A stretch of DNA of 64,000 nucleotides from an uncultured delta proteobacterium. GTDB lineage: Bacteria > Myxococcota > Myxococcia > Myxococcales > Myxococcaceae. Shown here piece after piece: positions 11,497 through 21,397 of the stretch; positions within the stretch are counted from its first letter, which is position 1; every line of letters starts with the position of its first letter. The position numbers were made by a program, and so were the translations under genes. The notes beneath the pieces were generated by a model. It worked only from the letters and a program-made list of their open reading frames with translations. It did no database searches and was not told the DNA's origin. The stretch lies in NCBI GenBank assembly GCA_963771175.1, contig CAVYSY010000046.1, positions 96,001-160,000 on the forward strand, read 5' to 3'.

Positions 11497-12237
11497 TCAT
11501 TTCGCCGCGGCGGGCGGCGCACCTTCCTCGACCCGGGTGACCAGGCCGTCGGTGATGAAGACCCGGCGCTTGCCGCCCGGGTAGATCCACTCCTGGTTCA
11601 CCTGCTGCCCGTCCAGCGTGCGACGGATGCTCTCCGGCGCGCCCCAGGACATCTCCACCGCCGCCTCCGGCATGTACTCGAGGACCTTCTTCTGCTTGAG
11701 GGCCTCCTGGAAGCGCGGCTGGAACCTGGCGATCCGCGGCGCCGGGTCGTGATCCAGCAGGTGCCGGTCCAGCTCCGCCAGGAAGTCCTCCCGCGTCTTG
11801 CTCATCGGCGGGAGCACGAGCACCACCGGCGGCCCCGGCGGCGCCCCCTCCACGTCCAGGTACACCCAAGGCAGCGTGCGCGGCGAGTACAGCAACCGCT
11901 CCACCATCACCATGGCCGTGGGGAACTCCACCTTCAGCACGCGCACCTTCGTGCCCGCCGGCATCAGCGCCTGCACCGCGCCAGGGTTGATGGGGTTGCC
12001 CTTGGTGTCGTTGATCAGCCGCACCTCGTCGGGCGGGTAGGGCGTCAGCAGCCGCTTGGAGGCATCCCCGAAGAACGGGGTGATGTAGCTGGAGGCCTTC
12101 AGGTAGCGCTCCGACGACGGGCCGCTGGTCAGATCGTGCTGGAGCTTCGTCCGGTCCTCCGGGCTGATCAGGGTCTGGCTCGCGCAACCGGTGGCCAGCG
12201 CCAGGGGGAGGACGAGCAGGGCGAGGAGTCGTTTCAT
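11497..12237 (-). CDS. Putative lipoprotein with C-terminal SmpA/BamE-like module
   Basis: MKRLLALLVLPLALATGC lipobox. C-terminal MPEAAVEMSWGAP...QEWIY...VFITDGLVTRV. Confidence 0.75.
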   Translation of the reverse strand: MKRLLALLVLPLALATGCASQTLISPEDRTKLQHDLTSGPSSERYLKASSYITPFFGDASKRLLTPYPPDEVRLINDTKGNPINPGAVQALMPAGTKVRVLKVEFPTAMVMVERLLYSPRTLPWVYLDVEGAPPGPPVVLVLPPMSKTREDFLAELDRHLLDHDPAPRIARFQPRFQEALKQKKVLEYMPEAAVEMSWGAPESIRRTLDGQQVNQEWIYPGGKRRVFITDGLVTRVEEGAPPAAAK

Positions 12238-12250
12238 GGGTGGGCCTCGG

Positions 12251-12850
12251 TCAGAAGGAGAAGGCGAAGGCTCGGGTGGTGATGAGGGGGGCGTCGCGCC
12301 CGCCGGAGACGTCCGCCACCAGTACCGCCTTCTTGCGCGTCTCCTCCACGATGCGTGGACCGCCCGCCTTGCCCAGGGCGTCGATGCCCTGGATGACGTG
12401 CGAGACGAGCAGCGCGACGCCTCCCAGCCCCCAGAACCAGCCGCCCACGGCGAGCCGGAAGACGCTGCTCACCACGATGATGGCCAGGTCCACCACGAGG
12501 AACAGGATGAAGCCGTCCTGGTCCCTCGCCACCAGGTGGCCCGTGCCGAAGCCGAGGAACAGCCCCAGCACCAGTGCGAGCACCTGCCGCGTCTCCGCGT
12601 CCACGCCGCCCCCAGTGTCCAGGGGCAGGGGAGTGCCCATGAGGGCGAAGCGTGTGGCGTCCGTCAGCTGCAGCGGGGGCGTCACGGAGGGTTTGAAGGT
12701 AGCCGCCAGCTCCAGCCCGTCCAGCAGCCGCGCGTGGCGGCTCTCCATGGAGTGGGCGAAGGAGACCGTCGGATCGGCGGGGGAGGCCGGCTCCGCGGGG
12801 GTGACGGACAGCAATGATGCGAGCAACAGGGAAACGACCATCGGGCGCAC
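12251..12850 (-). CDS. Hypothetical exported/membrane protein
   Basis: Signal-like N-terminus, three hydrophobic segments (LALVLGLFLGFGTGHL...), ends AFAFSF. Confidence 0.7.
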   Translation of the reverse strand: MRPMVVSLLLASLLSVTPAEPASPADPTVSFAHSMESRHARLLDGLELAATFKPSVTPPLQLTDATRFALMGTPLPLDTGGGVDAETRQVLALVLGLFLGFGTGHLVARDQDGFILFLVVDLAIIVVSSVFRLAVGGWFWGLGGVALLVSHVIQGIDALGKAGGPRIVEETRKKAVLVADVSGGRDAPLITTRAFAFSF

Positions 12851-12884
12851 CTCGGCGTCAAACGCTTGAGGGGCCCTTCCTAGC

Positions 12885-13088
12885 TTAGCGGGGGCTCGGC
12901 GTCAGCGACGCGTTGTCGCGTTCTCGCTGCCGCTGCACTCCACACCCCTTCAGGGTCGGGCAGATGGGGCCGCGGCCATCGGGATCAGGCACCAGTAGGA
13001 ATCGGCCCAGACCCCGGGCATCCACGAGCTCCGGATGGCCACACAGCACGCAACGACGGGGCGGACGCTTGGAGGGGGGGAATGGCAC
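12885..13088 (-). CDS. Small 4-Cys protein (67 aa), possible zinc-binding
   Basis: GTG at 13088 preceded by GGAGGAGAGG. Contains CVLC...CPTLKGC. Directly downstream of the FmdB-like gene. Confidence 0.5.
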   Translation of the reverse strand: MPFPPSKRPPRRCVLCGHPELVDARGLGRFLLVPDPDGRGPICPTLKGCGVQRQRERDNASLTPSPR

Positions 13089-13135
13089 GGAGCCAGTTTC
13101 CCTCTCCTCCTGCGCCCGCGCGAATTTTCCGCCGC

Positions 13136-13483
13136 TCAGCTCTTGGCGCCGGCCGCCGCGGTCGTGGTGCCCGAGCTGCTCGACGCGCTGGAGCCGCCCG
13201 AGTCCGAGGAGCCGCTGGAGCTGGTGCTCGACGTGCTGCTGGAGCTGGACGAGGACGAGGACGAGCTGCTGGAGCTGGACGAGCTCCCGTCCTTCTTGGT
13301 GGAGCTGTAGAGGTCCGAGTACCAGCCGCCGCCCTTGAGGACGAAGCTGGAGCGGCTGACGACCTTGCTCAGCGAGCCCTGCGCACCGCACGCGGAGCAG
13401 GTCTCGGGCGTCGGGTCGCTCACCTTCTGGAGGACGTCGATCGTCTTTCCACAGGACTGACAGGCGTATTCGTAGATGGGCAT
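13136..13483 (-). CDS. FmdB-family zinc-ribbon regulatory protein with Ser-rich tail
   Basis: MPIYEYACQSCG...CSACG...SFVLKGGGWYSDLY, followed by a poly-Ser tail. Confidence 0.92.
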   Translation of the reverse strand: MPIYEYACQSCGKTIDVLQKVSDPTPETCSACGAQGSLSKVVSRSSFVLKGGGWYSDLYSSTKKDGSSSSSSSSSSSSSSSSSTSSTSSSGSSDSGGSSASSSSGTTTAAAGAKS

Positions 13484-13507
13484 GACGGTGGCCTCTTCCT
13501 TCTCAGG

Positions 13508-14719
13508 TCATGGAGTGTGGGGGTTGTCCGAGGTCCGCTTGCGCAGCTCCCCGGCCAGTCCCAGGCGCTCGATGGCGCGGAGCACCAGCTCGGACGGGGC
13601 TCCGTGCTTGCGGCCCACCGCATCGGCGAGCGTGGCCACGGTGGTGGCCTCCGGCAGCTCGTCGCGCACCAGCACCTCGAGGTCCCGGCGGAGCATGTCC
13701 GTGAAACGCTTCTTGATTCCCAGGTCCATCAGGTACTTCTCGCGCCCGAGCAGATCCAACCGCTGGGTGAGGTGGCGCGAGGTGAGTGCCTCGCGACGGA
13801 AGCGCTCTCGCACCTCCTCGACCTCCTGGGAGATGCCCAGCTTCGCCTCGAGCTGCTTGAGCTCGGAGGGGCTGAGCCCGAGCGCCCAGCCGACCCGGCC
13901 GGCGGCGCCGCGGTGTTCGGTGTAGCCGGCGAGGAGGGCCTGGCGCTCACGGGATTCCATGGTCTCCATCAACCCGTGGGAGCGCAGCACTCCTTCCAGC
14001 TCCATCAGCGTCAGGTCGCCCCGGGCGCCGTTGTACTGGTTGGCCAGCGAGCCCAGCAGCGCGAAGCGGTGCTCGTGGGCCTCCAGCGCGGCCTCCAGCG
14101 TCTCCTTGCCCGAGGCGCGCGTCAGCTCCTGGATGCCCGTCTTGGGGGCATCCAGGCGGGTGAAGCGTCCGCGGGGCTTGGGCAGATCCCTCTTGAGGAA
14201 GCCAGGCGCCTCCTCGGCCTCCTCGAAGGGGGTCTCCTCCACGGCGGTGCGCTTGCGGGGGGCGATCCGCGCCTGGATCGTCTCGCCACTCGACTTCGCG
14301 GCGCGCTCCCGCTTCGCGGGCACCGGCTCCGGCACGGCGATTCGCGAGGCGGCCGGCGTGGCGAAGGTGGGCACGTCCGGAGAGGGGGCTGGCGCGGGGG
14401 GGCGCTTCTCCTCGTGCACCCGGGCCAGTTCCTGCACCACCTCGTAGTAGCCGCACTCCTGACGCTTCGCGGCGAGCTCCGGCGCCGTGCCCTTCAGCAC
14501 GTCCACCATCGCGAAGGGCCCGAGTGGCCGGGCTTGCGGCTCGGTGTCGGTCAAGGTGCGCACGCGGAAGTCGTCGGCCTCGGACAGCAGGGCGAGCGCC
14601 TCGCGGACCTCGGTGGGGGTTGCAGGCGATTTGGCTCGCCGGCAGTAGTCGGAGACGGCCACCGCCACGGGGGTGGGGACGTCATCGGGTTGCCGCTGTC
14701 TCTGCCAGGGAGTGTTCAT
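13508..14719 (-). CDS. Hypothetical protein (403 aa, helical, charged)
   Basis: Long intact ORF with typical codon bias, co-directional with the FmdB-like gene. Confidence 0.75.
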   Translation of the reverse strand: MNTPWQRQRQPDDVPTPVAVAVSDYCRRAKSPATPTEVREALALLSEADDFRVRTLTDTEPQARPLGPFAMVDVLKGTAPELAAKRQECGYYEVVQELARVHEEKRPPAPAPSPDVPTFATPAASRIAVPEPVPAKRERAAKSSGETIQARIAPRKRTAVEETPFEEAEEAPGFLKRDLPKPRGRFTRLDAPKTGIQELTRASGKETLEAALEAHEHRFALLGSLANQYNGARGDLTLMELEGVLRSHGLMETMESRERQALLAGYTEHRGAAGRVGWALGLSPSELKQLEAKLGISQEVEEVRERFRREALTSRHLTQRLDLLGREKYLMDLGIKKRFTDMLRRDLEVLVRDELPEATTVATLADAVGRKHGAPSELVLRAIERLGLAGELRKRTSDNPHTP

Positions 14720-14933
14720 AAAGTTACGGAAAAATGCTCGTTTACGAGGCTGGTGCCTCTATCTTTGCTGGCAGACGGGTGTCAATGAATCCGACGGGCC
14801 CCAATCTAAACAGCCAGAAGAAGGTGCAAGTCGGTGTAACACCCGGGCAGGGGGCCGTGCGGCCCGAATGCTCGGCCGGTGGACACCCGGCGGGTCGCGG
14901 GGCCATCAAGATGGCTCGGAAGGCGGGCGGGCT

Positions 14934-15392
14934 GTGAATCAGGATCAGGACGAGGTGCTCCAGCGCTACATGGCGCGAGCACGGGCTGAAGAGCACGCGC
15001 CAGCGCAGCCTCATCATCGACACCTTCTTCACGGTGGGCGGGCACCTCTCCGTCGAGGAGCTGTGGAACAAGGTCCGCCGCAGGACACGCAAGGTGTCGG
15101 TGGCCACGGTGTACCGGACCATGAAGCTGCTCAAGGAGTGCGGCCTGGCCCACGCGCGCAACTTCGGCGACGGGCAGACGCGCTACGAGGCGGCCGCCGG
15201 CCGCGAGCACCACGACCACCTGATCTGCACCCGCTGCGGCACCATCGTGGAGTTCGAGAACGACCGCATCGAGGCGATGCAGGAGGCGGTGGCGCGCAAG
15301 CACGGCTTCAGGTGACCTCGCACAAGATGGAGCTCTACGGCCTGTGCCGCGACTGCCAGCGAGAAGCTGCCCTGGCCACGCGCGCGGCATGA
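14934..15392 (+). CDS. fur: Fur-family transcriptional repressor, frameshifted
   Basis: GLKSTRQRSLI, HLSVEEL, VSVATVYRTMKLL, HHDHLICTRCG.IVEF, HKMELYGLCRDC. Confidence 0.9.
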   Translation: MNQDQDEVLQRYMARARAEEHAPAQPHHRHLLHGGRAPLRRGAVEQGPPQDTQGVGGHGVPDHEAAQGVRPGPRAQLRRRADALRGGRRPRAPRPPDLHPLRHHRGVRERPHRGDAGGGGAQARLQVTSHKMELYGLCRDCQREAALATRAA

Positions 15393-15940
15393 GCGGGCTG
15401 CGCGCTGGTCCTGCTGCTGCTGGCCTGGTCTGTGCGCCGGTGCCGCCGCGTGCCCGAGGCGGCCCGGGCCTCGGGGCCGTCTCCGCACCTGCGCCGCTGC
15501 TGCTGCCGTCGGTGGAGCCCGCCCCGTACGCCCGGCGCCGGCTGCCGGGCAGGTGGTGCTGGTGCCCTTCTTCGCCACCTGGTGCTTCCCGTGCCTGGCG
15601 GCAGCTGCCCGCGCTGGCCGAGCCCTCCAGACGCGAGCTACGGCCCCCAGGGCCTGCGCAGGTGGTGCGGTGGGCATGGACCTGGAGGGGGCCCAGGTGC
15701 TCGCGCCCTTCGCCGAGCAGTACGCGCTGAACTTCCCGGTGCTGGTGGCCGGACGAGCGGCATGCAGCAGGGGAGGAGCGCCTTCGGGCTGCATCCGCGC
15801 GCTGCCCACCACCTTCCTGCTGGACGGGAGAGCGCCAGGTGGCCGGCGCGTGGAGGGGCTGGCCGCCCGACGAGGACGCTGGTCGAAGGCCGTGGAGACG
15901 CTGCTGCGCCGAGGCGGCTTCCGAGGGGCCTGCTACAGGG
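15389..15940 (+). CDS. TlpA/redoxin-family thiol-disulfide oxidoreductase, heavily frameshifted; end approximate
   Basis: GQVVLV.FFATWCFPCL (CxxC), YALNFPVLV, ALPTTFLLD. Confidence 0.75.
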
Positions 15941-15993
15941 CTGCAGCGGATTTCTTGCCGGCGGGTGTCTCCGCTGGTACCTTCCGCCCACTC

Positions 15994-16277
15994 ATGACGG
16001 TGCGGCGAAAGCTTCTGGGGATAGCGGCGTGCGTGGCCGCGCTGCTCGGCGCGGTCTCGGCGGCGGACGCGAAGGGCTTCCGCCGCTACCTGCGCCTGCG
16101 CCAGGACGTGGAGACGACTCCGGAGCGCAACCGGACGCTGGCCGCGCAGAACGACGCCCTGCTGCGCGAGATCAAGGCGCTGCGCAACGATCCCGCCGGC
16201 CCTCGAGCGCGCGGCCCGTGAGGAGCTCGGCTTCGTGCAAGCCGGGCGAGATCGTCTTCCAGCTGGAGTCGCCATGA
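15994..16277 (+). CDS. ftsB: Cell-division protein FtsB/DivIC (septum formation initiator), frameshifted
   Basis: N-terminal TM helix, coiled coil (LAAQNDALLREIKALRND), then REELGFV.KPGEIVFQL. Confidence 0.82.
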
Positions 16278-18477
16278 GCCGCGCTCTCGCTCGTTCCTCG
16301 CAGTCGCCAAGCTCCTGCGCCACTGCTCCGGGCCGTGCCCGCGGTGGCCGTGTTGGCCGCCTTCTCGCACCTGGCCCGCGGCGGCTTCCGCGGCCTCGCT
16401 CACCCTGGGCTGGACGGAGGCCGCGCGGTGCTCTCTCCTGCTCGCCGGGCTGGGCGTGGCGGCCTGGCGCCGGCTGCGCCGCGGGCGCCGTGGGCGCGCC
16501 GCTGCTACTTCCGCGACGAGCTGGAGCTGGGCGGGGCTGCTCGTCGCCTCGGCCTTCATCGTGGTGTCCATCGCGGGCGCGGCGCTCTTCCCCCTCGTCT
16601 ACCTGCTGATGGCCTTCCTGGTGAGCCTTCCTGCCGCGCACCGCCGGCCTCGCGCTGCTGGGCGTGGCGCTGGTCTTCGACGCGCTCGATCACCCTGCAG
16701 GGCCCGCGAGCCGCAGCTTCCCGGCCTTCGCTCACCCACGCCGCTCTTCCTCGCGCTCTTCGCCGGCGCTCTACCACCTGGTGCTCTCGCGCCCGGCATC
16801 GCCGCGGCCCGCCGCGCCGAGAGCGACGCGGTGAAGAACCGCATCAAGGAGGTCGAGGAGCGCGCGCGCACCTTCCGCCTGGTGAGCTCCGGCTCCCAGG
16901 ACGACAACCGCTCCCGACGTGAAGGACGAGGAGAAGTGGCTGCTCGCCTCGGTGAAGGAGATCGAGGGCGCGGTGGGCGCCGCGCTGGAGATCGCCGAGA
17001 CGGCGCTGCAGCACGCACACCTGCGCGGCCTTCCTGCTCACCTCGGACGACAACGGGCGCTCAAGCTGCACGACTGCCGCACGCATGTCCGATCGCGTGC
17101 AGCGCGAGCGCTTCAACGCGGGGGAGGGGATGCTGGGCGGGCGTGCTCAAGCGCACGGGCGCCGGTGCGGATGAACTCGGCCCACGGGCTCAAGGGGATC
17201 ACCTGGTACGACGGGAGCGACGGCCCACGCTGCGGGCCGTGCTCGCGGTGCCCATCGTCGAGGGCAGCGGGCTGGTGCGCGGCGTGCTGGTGGCGGACCG
17301 CCTCACCCACGAGCCCTTCACGGACGACGACGAGCGGCTGCTTCGCCACCGTCGCCGCCGAGGTGCTGCGCTCCATCGAGGTGGAGCGGGTGATGACGTA
17401 CATCCGCAAGAGCGCGCGACGAGAAGGATCGGTTCTTCCGCGCCATCGAGGAGCTCAACCGCGCCGGCAACCCGGACCAGGTGTTCCTCGCGGTGCTGGA
17501 GAGCGCGCGGCAGCTCGCGGGGCTGGACTTCTGCGCGGTCACCCTGGTGAGCGAGACAGGAGGGCAAGCGCGTCCACCGGGTGATGCGGATGCTCGGGCG
17601 TCACGGCGCAGGGCGGCAAGGCGCTCGAGGGCCGCGATCTTCGCGGACAACAACGGGCTGGTGGCCAACGTGGTGCGCTACGGCGCGCCGCTGCCGGGGC
17701 GCGATCTGAAGGCCATGGACCGGCAGGTCATCTTCGACGACGAGACGCAGATGCGCGGCCTCGGCGCGCTGAAGATCTTCCCGCTCACGCGCGGGCGACC
17801 GCATCCTCGGGACGCTGGTGGCCGGCTCGCGCCGCAAGACGCCGCGCTCGACCACGACGTGCTGCGGATGCTCGAGGTCATCGCCATCCAGGCGGCGCAG
17901 GCGGTGCTGCGCGCCCAGCTCTACGAGCAGATGGAGCGGATGGCCACCACGGACGGCCTGACGGGCCTGTTCAACCACCGCACCTTCCAGTGCGAAGGCG
18001 GACGAGATGCTCGCCCAGTCGCGGCGCTACGGGCGCAAGTGCTCGCTCATGCTCACGGACATCGACCACTTCAAGAGCGTGAACGACACCTACGGTCACC
18101 CGACGGGCGACCGGTGCTCAAGGGCGTGGCGCGCATCCTGCGCGAGCAGGCGCGGGACACGGACATGGTGGCGCGCTACGGCGGCGAGGAGTTCTGCCAT
18201 CGTCATGCCGGAGACGGACATGGCCAGGGCGCCAAGGTCATCGCCGAGCGCATCCGCGAGGCGATCAAGGCCGAGGTCTTCCAGACGGAGATGGGCCCGC
18301 TGAAGGTCACCTGTCGCTGGGCATCGCCACCTGCCCGGACCACGGCACGGACAAGCAGGTGCTGATCGAGCAGGCGGACCAGTGCCTGTACTTCGCCAAG
18401 CGCAACGGCCGGAACCAGTCGGTGACGGTGGCCGCAGATGCAGGGCGGGACGGAAGCTCCAGGCCGTCGAGGGTTGA
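16274..18477 (+). CDS. dmxA: Membrane-anchored GAF-GAF-GGDEF diguanylate cyclase (DmxA-like), many frameshifts
   Basis: Multi-TM N-terminus. GAF motifs ([28 protein letters not shown]...[12 protein letters not shown]). [53 protein letters not shown]. Position after ftsB matches my recollection of M. xanthus dmxA. Confidence 0.8.
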
Positions 18478-18485
18478 GTCCGTCC

Positions 18486-19280
18486 GTGAACCGACCCGCG
18501 CTCCCCCCTCGCCGTCACCACCAGCGGAACCGCCCGAGGACACCCGGGTGGCCGGGCCCGCGAGGCCGCGCGCGCGTGGGGACTGCCGTTCCTCCCCCGG
18601 CGCAAGAAGGAGCCGATCGGCCCGCTGCTGGAGTCCGCGGCGGAGGCGCTCCTCGTCTTCGAGCGCGAGGGCGTCACGCTCTGGGACCAGGAGGGCTCCT
18701 TCGCTTCAACGCCGGGCATGGCCCACCTGCGCCGGCTGCGCATCCTGCTCCGGGCAGCGGGATGACGCCTTCGTCCGCGCTGGCCGAGTTGCGCGCGGGA
18801 GACACGATCCTCGACTGCACCCTGGGGCTCGGCCAGGACGCGCTGGTGGCGGCGCTGGTGGTCGGGCCCTCGGGACGGGTGGTGGCCCTGGAGAAGAGCC
18901 TCGCCCTCTACGCCGTCGTGTCCGAGGGCCTGAATGCCTACGACTACGGCCCCCAGCTCCTGCCGTGTGCGAGGCGGTCCACGCCGACGCGCACGCGTAC
19001 CTGCGCTCGCTGCCCTCGGGCTCGTTCGACGTCGTGCTCTTCGATCCGATGTTCGAGAAGCCCAAGAAGTCCCAGCCCGGCTTCGAGATGCTCCGCCGCT
19101 TCGCCGAGCACGCGCCGCTCACCCCCGAGTCGCTGGAGGAGGCGCGACGCGTGGCGCGGCGGTGGGTGGTGGTGAAGGGGGCGAAGTACTCGGAGGACCT
19201 GGCGCAAGCTGGGACTCGAGTCCGAGCCCGTCTCGCGCTACTCGGATCTGGCGTGGTGCGTGCTCGAGCGCCTGAGGACC
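18486..19280 (+). CDS. Class I SAM-dependent methyltransferase (RsmJ/SAM_MT-like), frameshifted
   Basis: [37 protein letters not shown]. Confidence 0.75.
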
Positions 19281-19282
19281 GG

Positions 19283-21009
19283 CTACAGCCGCACCGCGCG
19301 CGGGCGGCGGTCCCTCGCTGCCCACCGGCGACAGCTTCGCCGAGGACGCTCCGTCCCGCTCGTGCGGCATCAGCTCGCGCGGCGAGCGGAAGTACTGCAT
19401 CGGCGAGTCGTGCAGGAGGTTCGACACCCGGCTCGTGTACAGGCACGCGTAGCGCTCCACCTGCTCGCCGAAGCGGCTGTTCTCTGCGCCCTCCTTGAAG
19501 AGCAGCCCCCAGTACGGGTTGAAGCCTTCCTCCACCTCGCGCTCCAGCGTGTCGACGATGTCCGTCGCCTCGCGCATCGCCCGGCGCAGCATGTCCAGCT
19601 CCAGCTTCAGCCGCTTGCGCTCCTCCTCCATCGGCTCGCCAGCTCCTCCGGCCGACTGGCCCTCGCGCTCCAGCTTCCGCTCCAGCGCGTTGAGCTGGCC
19701 CTTGTGGTGCGCCACCTCGTCGTCCAGCCGCTCCCGCGCCAGCTCCACCTCCGCCAGCCTCTCGATCCGCTTCCGCTGGCTGTCCGTGTAGGTGATCTCG
19801 TCCTCGATCTCCTGGACGATCATGCACGTGCGCCACAGCGAGGACTTCTTCGACTTGAGGATGTCCCCGTAGATGTGGTCCCCCACGTACAGCACGCCCT
19901 CGCCCGCGTAGCCGGTGTGCTGCTCGAACTGCTGCAGGTTGCCGCCCTGGTACACCTTGCCGCGCTCCACCTCCGTGGCCTCGCCCACCACGCGCGCCTC
20001 CTCGCCGGGCCCCGCCGTCTCCAGCTCCAGGAAGGGCCGCTGCTCCGGAGAAGAAGGCCGGCTTGGACGCCAGCGTCACGATGTAGTCGAAGTAGTTGCG
20101 CCAGCTCGGGTACTCCGCCACCTGTCCGTCCAGCAGGTAGCGCATCACCGCGTCCGTGTAGTCCCACGCCGAGTTCGTCAGCAGGAACAGGCGTTCTTGC
20201 CCCCGAGCGCAGCTTGTGCAGCGCGGCGCCCAGCTCGGGATCCTGGAAGATGTAGCGTCCCAGGTCCTTGCGCACCTCGCGCTTGAGCGAGTTGTCCCGG
20301 TGCACCGCGTCGATGGCCTCGCGGATGTCGTCGTACAGCTTGCCGTAGTCCACCCGCTGGCCCAGCGACTCCAGCAGCTCGATGATGCCGGCGAAGAGGC
20401 ACGCCTCGGGCAGGGCGAAGAGCGTGTCGATCCACGCGAACTGCGGGTTCTTCAGCCGTACCCGGTGGTTGCGGTACAGCTTCTTCCACACCTCGCGCTC
20501 CAGCGGCCGCAGTCCGTGCCAGGCCCGCCCCACGTGGCCGAAGCGGTCCATCTTCAGCAGGTTGCCGTTCTCCCTGATCCACCGCCAGCCCGCGCATCAC
20601 GAAGTGGTGGTCGTACTGGAGCTGGCCGATCAGCGCCGGGTAGCCGCGCTCGCTGATGAGCTTGGCCAGCGTCATGTCGTAGGCGAGCTGCTCGAGCCGG
20701 CGCATGTGGTAGATGGCCAGCGTGTAGTCCATGTCGAAGCCGATCAGCTCGACGCTGCCCATGCGCAGGTTGCGGTTGACGAAGATGTCCCGCGAGCGAG
20801 GCACCTGGCGGGCCTGCACCTGCGGCACGCTCAGCAGGCGAGTGAGCTTCTCGTCGGCCAGGAGGACTCTGCGTGCGTCGCTCGGCCTCCTCGGCGTGGG
20901 CGCGGTTGAGCGAGGAGCGGAAGCTGCCGTGGAGGGGATCCGAGGTGGTCGGGCTCCCGGGGATGGGTCCGGTCGGTGAGAGTTTCGGTGACACAGGACA
21001 GAAGGACAT
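19283..21009 (-). CDS. HAD-IG family 5'-nucleotidase, frameshifted; start approximate
   Basis: [70 protein letters not shown]. Confidence 0.88.
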
Positions 21010-21094
21010 AACACGCGCCCTCTCGTGGCACCACGCGCCCCGGGCGTCCCTCCTTGCGGGCGCATGAGGCAACGTGGCACGCTCGGGGGTCCGC

Positions 21095-21397
21095 ATGCCC
21101 GCCCGACGCCCCCCGCCCGACGCCGAGAGCCCCGCGCGGCTGGCCGCCCGAATCGAAGCCCTGGAGGACCGGGTCCGCCGGCTCGAGGTTCTCGTGCGCG
21201 GCGCCGCCGCGGCGGAACGTGCGCGCGCCTCGGGCCAGGTGCGTCGCAAGGCCGTGGCCGCTCCCCGCGTCAACAGCCGGCCGCGCCCCCGTTGCCCCGG
21301 TTGTACCCTGGAGCTGCCTCCCCGTGCCCGGGGTGAGGAGTGCGTGTGGTGCGGGTTCCAGCTCGATGCCGTCCGGACCCGGAAGAGGAAGGCATGA
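21095..21397 (+). CDS. Small coiled-coil plus zinc-ribbon protein
   Basis: LAARIEALEDRVRRLE coiled coil, CPGC...CVWCG. Stop overlaps the kinase ATG (ATGA). Confidence 0.7.
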   Translation: MPARRPPPDAESPARLAARIEALEDRVRRLEVLVRGAAAAERARASGQVRRKAVAAPRVNSRPRPRCPGCTLELPPRARGEECVWCGFQLDAVRTRKRKA

